The notes: generated by a model from the letters alone, not told the origin. Shown: positions 37,501-47,587, numbered from the stretch's first letter. The stretch is 64,000 nucleotides of DNA from Chitinophagales bacterium (GCA_025455685.1 JALOMB010000002.1:5515-69514), one strand, 5' to 3'. A program made the numbers and translations.

Positions 37501-38733
37501 TTATGAATTAGCAATAAAATCATCATCGAAAACATAGCTCTCTAAATGAGAAAATTCTCGCGTTAACTTCCCATTTTTAGTAATGGTAGCATTATCAATC
37601 ATTTCACTTTGTTCTTTGAAAAATTCAGGCAAAATTTTGTATTCCATTATTTGACTAAAATACTCCGAAGCTTCTCTAGGCATTTCGCTTGGTAGGTTAG
37701 AGATACTTAAAATATCGATGACACCTTTTGAAAAAGGGGGTACTATTTTCTCTCTAAGAGGTAAATATCCAAAAATTGGATTTTCAATGTGTGTGAACTT
37801 TATGGTTGAGTCCAATGAGCTATTTGGCGCTAAATCACAAGTAATGTCAGAAATGATTTTTAAATTAAAATCTTTACTTTTCATTTCTTTTAGGGTCAAT
37901 ATTTTAGGGTAGTTTTGCTGCCAATACATAGCATTTATCAGCATATCTGCAGCATTGAGATAGGATGTAAATTTTGATTTGTAATTCAAAGGTTTCTCGT
38001 AAAAATCTTGGGCATCAAACGGTTTGTTTAGTTTATGTTCGAACATATCCTTTGAAGAAAATCGAGCATATACAGGATAATCATAAGTATAATAAAGAAT
38101 ATCATCTGGTGAAACTTGTGTGATATTAGCCATTTCCATTACCTCCCAGCAACCTTGGGCTACATTACCTGAACCCGTAACTAATATTTTTATAGGCTTA
38201 AATTTTATATCTGCAATATTTCTTAGCGTTTGAAACTTATCTTCGCTAAGGTAAATTCTAGGAATGTCTTTTTTATACTCTCTTTGATGCCAAGCCCAAA
38301 TTGCATTGTATGCCCCTACTAATCCTGCAAAACGTCCAAAAGCAATAATGCGTTTATTGTTTTGGTCTCTTAAATATTCATAATCAATAATCTCAATCTT
38401 TTTTCTAATGAATTCCTGCAATAATTTAAGATTGTTTTTTTGTTTTTTAGCGGTATGGGAAAAAAACAAATAGCGTGCATTGTTTATAAGATGTTCAACG
38501 GGTACTTCTTTGATACCGACAAGTAAATCACAAACAGACAAATCTTCATTTACCTCCACTCCAGCATCGATATACTCCTGTATATCAAAGCATCTATGCG
38601 TGGCTTGTTGTATTCTAAATGATAAAAAGCTATACTTTTCACGAAGTGACTTACAAGTAGATGGGGATAAGGCTACGCGATTGTCCAATGGATACTTTTC
38701 TTCTCTTAAAATCCCGACTAAAAATTTTTTCAT
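37501..38733 (-). CDS. alanine dehydrogenase/PNT-domain oxidoreductase, saccharopine dehydrogenase (LKR)-like
   Basis: N-terminal GILREEKYPLDNRVALSP and Rossmann VTGSGNVAQG motifs. Confidence 0.45.
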   Translation of the reverse strand: MKKFLVGILREEKYPLDNRVALSPSTCKSLREKYSFLSFRIQQATHRCFDIQEYIDAGVEVNEDLSVCDLLVGIKEVPVEHLINNARYLFFSHTAKKQKNNLKLLQEFIRKKIEIIDYEYLRDQNNKRIIAFGRFAGLVGAYNAIWAWHQREYKKDIPRIYLSEDKFQTLRNIADIKFKPIKILVTGSGNVAQGCWEVMEMANITQVSPDDILYYTYDYPVYARFSSKDMFEHKLNKPFDAQDFYEKPLNYKSKFTSYLNAADMLINAMYWQQNYPKILTLKEMKSKDFNLKIISDITCDLAPNSSLDSTIKFTHIENPIFGYLPLREKIVPPFSKGVIDILSISNLPSEMPREASEYFSQIMEYKILPEFFKEQSEMIDNATITKNGKLTREFSHLESYVFDDDFIANS

Positions 38734-38836
38734 AACTTGATAAAATATATTTCTGACTTATACGTTTTAGTTAGGCAAAGATAATCAAAAAAAATTATTT
38801 TTAGATTAGAATTGTATAAAAAGTTCATTGAAATTT

Positions 38837-39198
38837 GGGGCTGAATGGAATCGACTGGTGATTGAATTCTATACTGGCATGTCGAGTCATGGGTGTCTAA
38901 ACTCGTTAATCCTAGCACTTAACTTTTTACATGGCGAAAGAACTTACGCCGTAGCTGCCTAAACTTAGTTTAGCACTACTGTCTGCTCAGAATTTGCTCT
39001 ATGATTTTGAGATCAGGCATCGACTTAGTAGAGATAGAATTGCAAATGCCTATAATGCAGTTCGAGATTAATAGGCTAAGGGTGCTTTTTGGTTTTGACT
39101 TGTTTCCTATTTGCACTCCTACAATCAAAACAAGAATACGCATGTAGAAGGTATATTTTTCATTGCTCAGGACCAGAGTTCAACTCTCTGCAGCTCCA
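38837..39198 (+). ncRNA. ssrA: tmRNA (SsrA)
   Basis: 5' GGGGCTGAATGGAATCGAC pairs with 3' CAGCTCC-A. T-arm-like GGACCAGAGTTCAACTCTCTG. Internal tag ORF GGC GAA AGA ACT TAC GCC GTA GCT GCC TAA (38933-38962) encodes GERTYAVAA. Confidence 0.92.
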
Positions 39199-39252
39199 CT
39201 TTTTTTAATTTTAAAATACTTCCACTTTTTTTTAAAAAAGCTCCAACTTTTT

Positions 39253-39281
39253 AAATGCTCTTTCTTAAAGAGCATTTTTTT
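39253..39281. terminator. bidirectional terminator shared by convergent ssrA and recF
   Basis: 11-bp stem AAATGCTCTTT/AAAGAGCATTT, loop CTT, with a T-run on the plus strand and an A/T run on the minus strand. It abuts the recF stop codon. Confidence 0.7.
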
Positions 39282-40344
39282 ATATATCAAGTTTGACTTC
39301 TTGTGCATCTTTTAATCCCGATATTGACTTAGTGTCTGAAAAAAACCATTGTGATACAAAATCGATTCCCGTAATTATTTTTTTCAGATTTTCAATTCGA
39401 CTAACGTCTAATTTATCAGAAAAATCGTCTAAGAGAAATATCACTTTTTTGTTTTGAGCCATGTATTGAGCTTGAGCAAATTTCAACGCATAAAGAAGAC
39501 TTTTTTGTTGGCCTTGACTCGCCACTTTTCGAAATTCCATATCGTTTAATTTAAATATTATATCATCTCGATGAATTCCAAATCTAGTCCTACCTAATGC
39601 TATATCCTTGGATAAATTCATTTGAAATCCTTCTTGAAAACTACACTCATGAAGTTGAGAAAAATAGTCAATTTCCAAGTCTTCATTTTGTTCCGCGATG
39701 CGATGATACCATGCGTTTACAAGAGGTATGAATTGTTGAAAAAAAACTTGTCTAGCTTGAAAAATTGGTATCCCTAAAGATTCTAGCTGTGTTTGATAAA
39801 TCCGAAGAAGCTCGAGGTTTTTGGTCTCATTATCTTGCTTGAGCAAAGCATTTCTTTGTTTTAGGACATGATTATATTGTATTATGTTATCTAAATACGA
39901 TAAATCTAAATTAGATATCGAATAATCAATGTATTTCCTACGCTCATCAGAAGAGCCAAAAAGCTCATAGACGTCATTTGGAGTCGTCATGACAATAGGA
40001 ATTTGTCCAACTTGTTCCTTGATGCTTTTAATTTCAATCTGGTCAAACGCAACATATTTCTTTTTGTGCTGATACTTAACAGACAATTTTTTTGAAGGGT
40101 AATTAATATTGTAGGAATCAAGAAAGTCGTAATCTAAGCGAAAAAAATCGCTTCCTTGCTTTATCAATTGTGCATCACTCAAAGGAAAAAAACTTTTGAA
40201 GTAAGCACTATAGAAAATAGCATCTAGTACATTGCTTTTGCCAATACCATTTCTCCCTATAATGCTGATATATCGACTATTAAAGGCGATATCTAATGCA
40301 CTGTGGTTTTTGAAAGTATATAATGAGATTTTAGAAAGATGCAT
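39280..40344 (-). CDS. recF: DNA replication and repair protein RecF
   Basis: ISLYTFKNH...IIGRNGIGKSNVLDAI Walker A, signature SQGQQKS, Walker B IFLLDD. The listed start 40356 is TTG; ATG at 40344 (MHLSKISL) is preferred. Confidence 0.9.
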   Translation of the reverse strand: MHLSKISLYTFKNHSALDIAFNSRYISIIGRNGIGKSNVLDAIFYSAYFKSFFPLSDAQLIKQGSDFFRLDYDFLDSYNINYPSKKLSVKYQHKKKYVAFDQIEIKSIKEQVGQIPIVMTTPNDVYELFGSSDERRKYIDYSISNLDLSYLDNIIQYNHVLKQRNALLKQDNETKNLELLRIYQTQLESLGIPIFQARQVFFQQFIPLVNAWYHRIAEQNEDLEIDYFSQLHECSFQEGFQMNLSKDIALGRTRFGIHRDDIIFKLNDMEFRKVASQGQQKSLLYALKFAQAQYMAQNKKVIFLLDDFSDKLDVSRIENLKKIITGIDFVSQWFFSDTKSISGLKDAQEVKLDI

Positions 40345-40372
40345 ATTTTTCTTCAAAATAAATATAAAATAT

Positions 40373-40380
40373 TATTTTTG
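40373..40380 (+). promoter_or_regulatory. -7 promoter box TAttTTTG for pdhA
   Basis: TAnnTTTG 27 nt before the ATG at 40408. Confidence 0.5.
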
Positions 40381-40388
40381 CAAATCTA
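40381..40388 (-). promoter_or_regulatory. -7 promoter box TAgaTTTG for recF
   Basis: TAnnTTTG on the minus strand, abutting the pdhA box. Together they form TATTTTTGCAAATCTA. Confidence 0.45.
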
Positions 40389-40407
40389 TAAATAAAAATA
40401 AAGAAAC

Positions 40408-41397
40408 ATGGCCAAAATTTCAAAAGAAACCTATTTAGAATGGTATGAATTGATGCTGCTTCTTAGAAAATTTGAAGAAAAAGCTGGACAACTCTATGGA
40501 ATGCAAAAAATAAGAGGTTTTTGTCATTTATATATTGGACAGGAAGCTGTAGCGGCTGGTTTACACTCTTCTCTTCGTGCTGATGATAACATTATCACTG
40601 GATACAGAGATCATGGTTTAGCTATTATGAAAGGTATGACTGCGAATGAAGTAATGGCTGAACTCTATGGTAAAGCTACTGGAAGCACCAAAGGAAAAGG
40701 AGGTTCAATGCATTACTTTTCCAAAGACCATAGATTTTTTGGAGGGCATGGAATTGTAGGAGGTCAAATTGGCCTAGGTACAGGTATTGCCTTTGCAGAT
40801 AAATATAACGATACGGACAGAGTTACAGTAGCCATGTTTGGCGATGGTGCTTCGAGACAAGGTATGCTCCATGAGGTATTTAATATGGCTATGTTGTGGA
40901 AATTGCCTGTGATTTTTATTTGTGAAAACAACAAATACGCTATGGGTACTTCAGTCGAACGTACAAGCAATGTCACAGATCTCTCAAAGCTAGGACTAGG
41001 TTATGAAATGCCTAGTTATAATGTTGATGGTATGAAGCCAGAAGCAGTGCATGAAGCCATGGATAAAGCTATTGCAAGAGCTCGAAAAGGATTAGGGCCT
41101 ACCTATCTTAACATTATGACTTATCGTTATAAAGGGCACTCTATGTCTGATCCTCAAAAATATAGAACCAAAGAGGAAGTCAATGAATATTTGAAAATTG
41201 ATCCAATTGAAACTACCAAAGAATTAATTTTATCAAAAAAATACGCTACAGAAGCACAAATCGACAAAATCAACCAAAAAATAAAAGACATTGTGGAAGA
41301 ATCTGTGGAATTTGCCGAAAATTCTCCTTGGCCAAGCAACGATGAACTGTACAAAGACATCTATGTTCAAGAAGATTATCCTTTTTTAATTGATTAA
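40408..41397 (+). CDS. pdhA: pyruvate dehydrogenase (acetyl-transferring) E1 component subunit alpha
   Basis: GFCHLYIGQEA, the ThDP motif GDGASRQG...ICENNKYAMGT, and YRYKGHSMSDP. Confidence 0.9.
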   Translation: MAKISKETYLEWYELMLLLRKFEEKAGQLYGMQKIRGFCHLYIGQEAVAAGLHSSLRADDNIITGYRDHGLAIMKGMTANEVMAELYGKATGSTKGKGGSMHYFSKDHRFFGGHGIVGGQIGLGTGIAFADKYNDTDRVTVAMFGDGASRQGMLHEVFNMAMLWKLPVIFICENNKYAMGTSVERTSNVTDLSKLGLGYEMPSYNVDGMKPEAVHEAMDKAIARARKGLGPTYLNIMTYRYKGHSMSDPQKYRTKEEVNEYLKIDPIETTKELILSKKYATEAQIDKINQKIKDIVEESVEFAENSPWPSNDELYKDIYVQEDYPFLID

Positions 41398-41437
41398 TAC
41401 GCTAAAATTTTTAAATTTAATATACTCATAATTATCT

Positions 41438-42073
41438 ATGGAACAATACTTTAACGCTAGCTACCTAAAACAAATTTTAAATAAAAACAAAAAAATCGTT
41501 TATCCAATTTTAGGGTTTTTGATTCTTATCGCAGCTGCCTTGTTTTTTTATTTCTACTATATCCCTAAGCAACAGGATAAAGCCGCATCTGAAATGGCTT
41601 TGGCTGAGTTAAATTTCATGCAAGGCAACTACACTTTAGCCTATGAAGGTGATAGCAAAAACAAAGGATTCAAACAGTTGAAAAACAAATATTTTTTTAA
41701 CAAAACAAACAATTTAGTGTTTTATTACAGCGGGATTTGTCAAATGAATATGGGTAAATTTTCAGAAGCAATTGAAGACTTAAAGAAGTTCTCTACTTCA
41801 AATGACGAGCTCCAAACATTATCTTACAGCTTACTTGGTGATTGCTATGCAGAAACAGGCAAGATGAATGAAGCAGTATCGTATTACGAAAAAGCTTCTG
41901 AAAACAGTAAAAACATTGAACTTGCTCCTACGCTTTTATATAAAGCAGCTACAGCATATCATCATAATAATAATGCTAAAAAAGCGCTCGAACTCATCGA
42001 TAAATTAAAAATAAATTATCCAAATTCGACTTATAGCCAAAAAGCAGATTTAATCAAAGCGAGTATCGAGTAA
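41438..42073 (+). CDS. membrane-anchored tetratricopeptide repeat protein
   Basis: One N-terminal TM helix followed by TPR repeats (GKFSEAIEDLKKF, GKMNEAVSYYEKA). Confidence 0.6.
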   Translation: MEQYFNASYLKQILNKNKKIVYPILGFLILIAAALFFYFYYIPKQQDKAASEMALAELNFMQGNYTLAYEGDSKNKGFKQLKNKYFFNKTNNLVFYYSGICQMNMGKFSEAIEDLKKFSTSNDELQTLSYSLLGDCYAETGKMNEAVSYYEKASENSKNIELAPTLLYKAATAYHHNNNAKKALELIDKLKINYPNSTYSQKADLIKASIE

Positions 42074-42076
42074 AAC

Positions 42077-42556
42077 ATGAGTCACTTTATACAAACGCTC
42101 CAAACTCCTTACGATTATAGTCAATTCGACATTGGGATTGTATTTACAACATATCACAAGCCTATTGTAGATAAATTACTTCATGCAGCTATAGAAACCT
42201 TAAAAGCACATAAAGTTCAATCGATTCAATCTATGAATGTATCTGGAAGTTATGAGCTTGTACATGCGTGTAATTTTTGGTTCAAAGAAAACCCTAAGCT
42301 AATGGGAATCATCACCTTGGGCTGCGTAATTAAAGGAGAAACTCGGCATGATGACTATATAAATCAAGCAATAGCCAATGGTTTATTAAATATATCTTCT
42401 TTGTATCAAAAGCCAATAAGCTTCGGTGTTTTGACTACGCTAAATGAAGCACAAGCTTGGGATAGAGCAGGAGGGAGCAAAGGTAATAAAGGACAAGAAG
42501 CAGCTATCGCTTTATTAGATAGTTTGACCTTATCACAAAAAATAAAAGCATTATGA
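42077..42556 (+). CDS. ribH: 6,7-dimethyl-8-ribityllumazine synthase
   Basis: GSYELV, GCVIKGETRHDDYI and FGVLT motifs; about 160 aa. Confidence 0.87.
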   Translation: MSHFIQTLQTPYDYSQFDIGIVFTTYHKPIVDKLLHAAIETLKAHKVQSIQSMNVSGSYELVHACNFWFKENPKLMGIITLGCVIKGETRHDDYINQAIANGLLNISSLYQKPISFGVLTTLNEAQAWDRAGGSKGNKGQEAAIALLDSLTLSQKIKAL

Positions 42557-43377
42557 TTTCTCTGTTTGATAGAGCTACTGCTTGCGTTCAGGCAATTCAA
42601 TCCGTTTATAAAGAGCCAATTGATATTGCAATAGTTTTAGGTTCTGGCTTGGGTAATTTCACGGAGAAAATTAAGATTCTTCATGATATTCCATATACTT
42701 CCTTGCCTTATTTTCCAAAATCTACGGTTAAAGGGCATAAAGGTTCTCTGATCATAGGAGCCTTAGGTGATAAAGTCGTTTTATGTCAAAGTGGTCGATT
42801 TCACTACTATGAAGGCTACGCTCAAGAAGAAGTTACTTTTGCCATTCGAGTATTTTTCTTATTAGGCATTCAAAATTTAATTGTAACAAATGCTTCAGGA
42901 GGATTGCAAGCCAACCAAGAAGTAGGAGACCTTATTTTAATTCGCGACCATATTTTTTTACAGCCCGAGCATCCCCTCAGAGGAGCTAATGATGAACGAT
43001 TTGGACCTAGATTTCCAGATATGATGCATACTTATGATGCAGGATACCGAAAAAAAATAATAGATATTGCATCATCATTAAACACACCAATTAAAGAGGG
43101 CGTTTATGTTTCTGTTCAAGGGCCTACTTTTGAGACGCCATCAGAGTATCAATTTTTTCATCGAATTGGTGGTGATATCGTAGGTATGAGTACAGCATCT
43201 GAAGTTATCGTTGCACGTCATTGTGGCATGAAGGTTTTAGGTTTGTCGATCATTGCTGATACCGGTTATCCATTTGATAAAATGAAGGAAATTTCGCACA
43301 ATGAAGTCTTGGATCAAGTCGAAAAAGCCACACCAAAACTCACTGAAATTGTTATTAAGTTTATAGAAAACCTTTAA
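42553..43377 (+). CDS. purine nucleoside phosphorylase (trimeric PNP-I, mammalian-like type)
   Basis: LGSGLG, GRFHYYEGY, VTNASGGL, GPTFETPSE, VGMSTASEV motifs. Confidence 0.87.
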   Translation: MISLFDRATACVQAIQSVYKEPIDIAIVLGSGLGNFTEKIKILHDIPYTSLPYFPKSTVKGHKGSLIIGALGDKVVLCQSGRFHYYEGYAQEEVTFAIRVFFLLGIQNLIVTNASGGLQANQEVGDLILIRDHIFLQPEHPLRGANDERFGPRFPDMMHTYDAGYRKKIIDIASSLNTPIKEGVYVSVQGPTFETPSEYQFFHRIGGDIVGMSTASEVIVARHCGMKVLGLSIIADTGYPFDKMKEISHNEVLDQVEKATPKLTEIVIKFIENL

Positions 43378-43380
43378 TTC

Positions 43381-45177
43381 TTGCGTTTTTTTAGTCTTTT
43401 TGTCTTTTTTTTAATTTGGACTAATTCTAAACTTTTTGCCCAAATCGATAGCTTTGAACTCAATACTATCCATGTATATACGAATGATTTTCCCGAAAAA
43501 GTCACTAAATTTAAACAGCAAAGATTATCTGAGCGAATCTCAAATCTACAAGATTATGAAATTCTTTATGACCTAGGTGGACTTCGCTATTTATGGGGTG
43601 CAAATGTAGAATACGCATCTAATTTAACCTTAATGGATAAACAAATATATCATATCCATTATGATGTCCATAAAATGCCTATTTTTAAAACAGTTCAACC
43701 CGTTTCAGAGTTTGGGTTGAGTTTCTTTGGAAACGGCTTAGAACAGTTTGAAGGAAGGGTTCACAGCTATTTTTCTAAAAAAATAAACTTTGGAATTCAA
43801 GCAAATTTATTAAATAATAAAGGTTTTTTTAGTTTTTCTGACAATCGCAGTATCAATATTGCAGGTTTCATCAATTTGCAAGCTACCAATAGCAAAACTG
43901 AGTTGAGATTTTCAGTAAATGATTACAGCCAAAACTACCATCTTGGATTCACCCAAAATCCCTATGCTGACTCTACTTTGCCTAGAGATAGAGGATTTCT
44001 AAGGCCTAATGCACCTTTTGCTTTTCGATATGCCGTTCAAACAGATTTTGTTTTGGAGCATAAAATTTTTTCTCAAAAATATTATGATTCGCTCCTAAAA
44101 GAAAATCTCTATCTAAAAACTTCATTTTGGGGTTTTCAAGCTAGAATGTATTCAGAAAATGACCTATACAACGATTCTATTGTCTTTACGAAAATTTATG
44201 AGCCTTTTTGGCATAGGAACAATGATATTTTTATCAGAAATCAAATTTCTTCTTGGTCAGGTGTCGCATATAAGTATCTGTATTTCAACAATTTAAATTT
44301 ATCCATTAAGCCCTCTTTTACAGCTACTAGACAAACGCTCAGTTCGGTTAATTCAAGCTTTGCTTCACAAGTCTTTTACAATACAGAAGCAGGCCTTACC
44401 CTTACACAAAGATTTCAGCAATGGAATTATCGAGCTCAATTTAGTAAAAATCTATTCGGAGATTTTTTATCGGCTTATAAATTAGATTTTTTCAGCGAGT
44501 TTACTTTTGATAAGCATCATATATTGATGAATATCAAGTCACAATACCAAGTAAACGCTATAAATTACCGGCATGTTTTTTCGTTATTTGAAGACAAAAA
44601 CTATGGATTGGAATACCAAGGTCAAAACTATTTTTCTTTACACTATGTTTATCATCCTTGGCAAATTAGTTCAAAGTTTGAAGTGTCTCAATTTTGGGAT
44701 CGTCCATTTTTAGACGCTCAAGCAAACTTGACTACCTTAAATTGGCTTCAAAGTAGAACGACAATAGAGAAGAGCTGGAATTCTAAACGTATTGATTTGA
44801 ATGTAAAGGCTATCTATCAATCTGGACTCTTTGAAGAAGGAATTACTCAAGGACGTTTCGCTTTTCGTGGTTTATTATTTAAAAAACATTTAGATTATCA
44901 AGTAGGTACAGAAATATCCGGGGTTTTTCTTCGAAAATCATTGTATTTCAACACTTTATGGCAAACTTGGCTCTTTGATCCTAGCGCAAAACAATTGCCT
45001 GTAAATTTGCACGTAAATTTATTTGCCAATGCTAAAATAAATCAGTTTTATTTATCATTGAATTTCAACAATATAACTCAGGCTATCGTTCAAAATTTCG
45101 GCTTTGAAAAATCAAGAGAAAACTACAGTATTCCTTTTAGTATGTTTTTAAAAATTCAGTTAAACTTCTTAAAATGA
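43381..45177 (+). CDS. putative outer-membrane porin-like beta-barrel protein
   Basis: TTG start giving the signal peptide MRFFSLFVFFLIWTNSKLFAQ. Tyr/Phe/Asn-rich alternating pattern over about 580 aa, ending in an aromatic-rich strand. Confidence 0.45.
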   Translation: MRFFSLFVFFLIWTNSKLFAQIDSFELNTIHVYTNDFPEKVTKFKQQRLSERISNLQDYEILYDLGGLRYLWGANVEYASNLTLMDKQIYHIHYDVHKMPIFKTVQPVSEFGLSFFGNGLEQFEGRVHSYFSKKINFGIQANLLNNKGFFSFSDNRSINIAGFINLQATNSKTELRFSVNDYSQNYHLGFTQNPYADSTLPRDRGFLRPNAPFAFRYAVQTDFVLEHKIFSQKYYDSLLKENLYLKTSFWGFQARMYSENDLYNDSIVFTKIYEPFWHRNNDIFIRNQISSWSGVAYKYLYFNNLNLSIKPSFTATRQTLSSVNSSFASQVFYNTEAGLTLTQRFQQWNYRAQFSKNLFGDFLSAYKLDFFSEFTFDKHHILMNIKSQYQVNAINYRHVFSLFEDKNYGLEYQGQNYFSLHYVYHPWQISSKFEVSQFWDRPFLDAQANLTTLNWLQSRTTIEKSWNSKRIDLNVKAIYQSGLFEEGITQGRFAFRGLLFKKHLDYQVGTEISGVFLRKSLYFNTLWQTWLFDPSAKQLPVNLHVNLFANAKINQFYLSLNFNNITQAIVQNFGFEKSRENYSIPFSMFLKIQLNFLK

Positions 45178-46223
45178 CCTTAGAAGATATTCGCCATAGA
45201 ATGCTAATACTCATAGAGAAGAGTGGAAAGTTCACCAAATCCAATCCTAGAGTAGCGGCTATTTTGATTCACAATGAAAAAATTATGAGCGAGGGCATTC
45301 ATTATCAATTTGGACAAGCACATGCAGAGGTTAATTGTCTAAATTACAGCCAATTAGATGAATCACTTCTAGTTGAAGCTCACTTATATATTTCCTTAGA
45401 ACCTTGTTCGCATTTTGGGAAAACACCACCTTGTGTTGATTTAATCAAATCCAAAAAAATCCCTAGAGTTACTGCTTTGAGTTTAGATTGGGATGAAATC
45501 ACTAAAAACAAAGCCTCCCAAGAGCTTCAAGGCATTGATTATCAATGTTTAAATGATGTTTCATTTATGTGGAATGCTAATTTTAAGTTTTCGATAAATC
45601 ACCTAAAAAAAAGGCCTAGTTATACCTTGAAATACGCTAAATATCAATTCGGTAACGTATATGGCAATTCTGAAAAACGCATCATCATAACCAATGCTTA
45701 TTCAAAGCGAATAACCCATGAACTTCGTGCTAGGCACGATGCGATTATGATAAGTCATCGAACTTTGCGACTTGACAACCCTAAACTTAATACGAGAAAA
45801 ACTTTTGGGGATTCTCCTGAAATTATTATTTGGGATAGATATTTTTCATTGGATTACACTGTTTATCAGTTTGATCAAAAAGCCTATGTACTCAATGAAG
45901 TTTTTCAAGGGGATATTAAAGAAAATTTCAAGGCTATAAAATTAGAAAATATGACTGATATTCAAGAAATTAATAGCGCTATATACAATTTAAATATTAG
46001 ATCTGTATTAATAGAAAGCGCAGGAGGATTAGCCAATTTTTTTCTTTCCAAAAACAATATCGATGAAATCTATCAGCATATATCGTTAGAAGTATATCAA
46101 CCGGTAGATACTGATTTAAGATCTGAAGATTTAACCTGGTTCAATGGTTTTAAATTAGTTGATACGCAACATGATGCCGCTCAAATTGTAAATAAATGGG
46201 TTTCTTATGACATATTTGATTAG
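45174..46223 (+). CDS. ribD: bifunctional riboflavin biosynthesis deaminase/reductase
   Basis: CMP/dCMP-type zinc motif HAEVNCL...PCSHFGKTPPC, followed by a RibD C-terminal reductase-like domain. Confidence 0.8.
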   Translation: MTLEDIRHRMLILIEKSGKFTKSNPRVAAILIHNEKIMSEGIHYQFGQAHAEVNCLNYSQLDESLLVEAHLYISLEPCSHFGKTPPCVDLIKSKKIPRVTALSLDWDEITKNKASQELQGIDYQCLNDVSFMWNANFKFSINHLKKRPSYTLKYAKYQFGNVYGNSEKRIIITNAYSKRITHELRARHDAIMISHRTLRLDNPKLNTRKTFGDSPEIIIWDRYFSLDYTVYQFDQKAYVLNEVFQGDIKENFKAIKLENMTDIQEINSAIYNLNIRSVLIESAGGLANFFLSKNNIDEIYQHISLEVYQPVDTDLRSEDLTWFNGFKLVDTQHDAAQIVNKWVSYDIFD

Positions 46224-47076
46224 TAGTATTGTTTTAACAGGAGGGTTGCTTTTGATATTGAGGTTTTTTAGCAACCTCAAACTCAATCTTTTGCAAGCAA
46301 TAGTGAGTAACTATTTCACTGCATTTTTACTTGGATTTATCCTGAAACTTTCTGAAATATCCCTAAAAAGCGATCTGATTTTCAGCTCGTTTACTTATTA
46401 TCATGTCGGTGCGATAATTAGTGGCACTTTGTTTTTTGTATCATTTAGTTTTGCTTCTAAGGCAAATCAGATAATCGGAACATCTACTACGGCACTAATG
46501 TTTAAACTTTCCTTAATAATTCCAATATTAATAGGAATTTTTTGGTTAGGGCAGCCATATCACAAGTTTAATTTATTGGGTATAATGTTGACTTTTGTTT
46601 CCATTTTTTTGATCTTCGCTGATAAATCATTGCAGCTTACGAGACAATCCATCAATATGGCCTTATTGTTATTGATCTTGTCTGGGGTATCAGATGGACT
46701 TATTCAGTTGTCTGCGCATTATTTCCCCATAGAAAATCAATCAGGATTGACGCCAGTATTTATGTTTTTATTTAGTTTTTTATCAGGATTTTTGTATTTA
46801 TTGGCTACAAATCGGGAAAAGTATGATGCTAGAAGTTTTCAATACGGTATTTTTCTTGGCGTGGTAAATTATTTTAGTTTAGATCATTTAATCATAGGTT
46901 TAACCGAATTGCAAAAAACGCTAAGTAGTTTTGTGATTTATTCAACCTACAGTATTGGCGTAATTTTAGTTACGATTTTGGGTGCTATTTTATTTTTCAA
47001 AGAAAAGATTTCTCTTCAAAAATTCATTGGCATTCTTATCGCTATAATTTCTATTGTTGCTATGAACTACAAATAG
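46207..47076 (+). CDS. EamA/DMT superfamily membrane transporter
   Basis: About 10 TM helices in two similar halves; 289 aa. Confidence 0.55.
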   Translation: MTYLISSIVLTGGLLLILRFFSNLKLNLLQAIVSNYFTAFLLGFILKLSEISLKSDLIFSSFTYYHVGAIISGTLFFVSFSFASKANQIIGTSTTALMFKLSLIIPILIGIFWLGQPYHKFNLLGIMLTFVSIFLIFADKSLQLTRQSINMALLLLILSGVSDGLIQLSAHYFPIENQSGLTPVFMFLFSFLSGFLYLLATNREKYDARSFQYGIFLGVVNYFSLDHLIIGLTELQKTLSSFVIYSTYSIGVILVTILGAILFFKEKISLQKFIGILIAIISIVAMNYK

Positions 47077-47095
47077 CTAATTTCTAAAATTAGCT
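47075..47095 (+). terminator. hairpin overlapping the stop codon of the EamA-like gene
   Basis: 9-bp stem AGCTAATTT/AAATTAGCT with loop CTA. The downstream T-run is weak. Confidence 0.4.
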
Positions 47096-47170
47096 ATTTG
47101 CTCTATAATTTACATTATGTTAAGTAAAGTTTATTGTAGAAAAATGTATTCTTAAATAGAATTTAATATT

Positions 47171-47178
47171 TATCTTTG
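47171..47178 (+). promoter_or_regulatory. -7 promoter box TAtcTTTG, 86 nt upstream of the next ORF
   Basis: Same TTATCTTTG core as the tRNA promoters. The leader is unusually long for this window. Confidence 0.4.
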
Positions 47179-47263
47179 TATATTGTTTCAGATAGTTAAT
47201 TTATAAACTTTTAAACCTTACATGGTCTAGTGTGATGTTATAATCAATTAAAAAAAAATCTGC

Positions 47264-47536
47264 TTGAAAAGAACTTGTATTTTAAATCGGACAAATATAA
47301 CTTATACAATAATAGGTATTCTTCTATATTTTTTCTTTAATGTGTCAGAGTTAAAATTCGACGACTATCATTTTGGATATATCATTGGCACAATTTTCGG
47401 CATTGTTTTATTCCCTTTCTTGATAAGCTTATTTGTATGGTATATTAGAGGTATGAAAGAAAATGGAGGAACTACAACTTATAAAATCGTATTAACAATT
47501 ATCCTATTGAGCCAATTCTTAAAGTTTTTAAAATAG
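47264..47536 (+). CDS. hypothetical small membrane protein (TTG start)
   Basis: 90-codon ORF with two to three hydrophobic helices. There is no in-frame ATG near the 5' end. Confidence 0.35.
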   Translation: MKRTCILNRTNITYTIIGILLYFFFNVSELKFDDYHFGYIIGTIFGIVLFPFLISLFVWYIRGMKENGGTTTYKIVLTIILLSQFLKFLK

Positions 47537-47587
47537 TGATTTATTTGCCTTGAGCTGATTAAGTAAATTCTTCAGAAGCCTTAAATT

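Noticed and set aside
38730-38918. 62-aa minus-strand ORF
   Set aside because: It lies antisense across the 5' third of the tmRNA gene and has a GTG start. The tmRNA call explains the region.
41398-45177. FMN riboswitch upstream of ribH or ribD
   Set aside because: ribH starts 3 nt after the TPR gene, and ribD overlaps the porin-like gene. There is no untranslated space for an RFN element.
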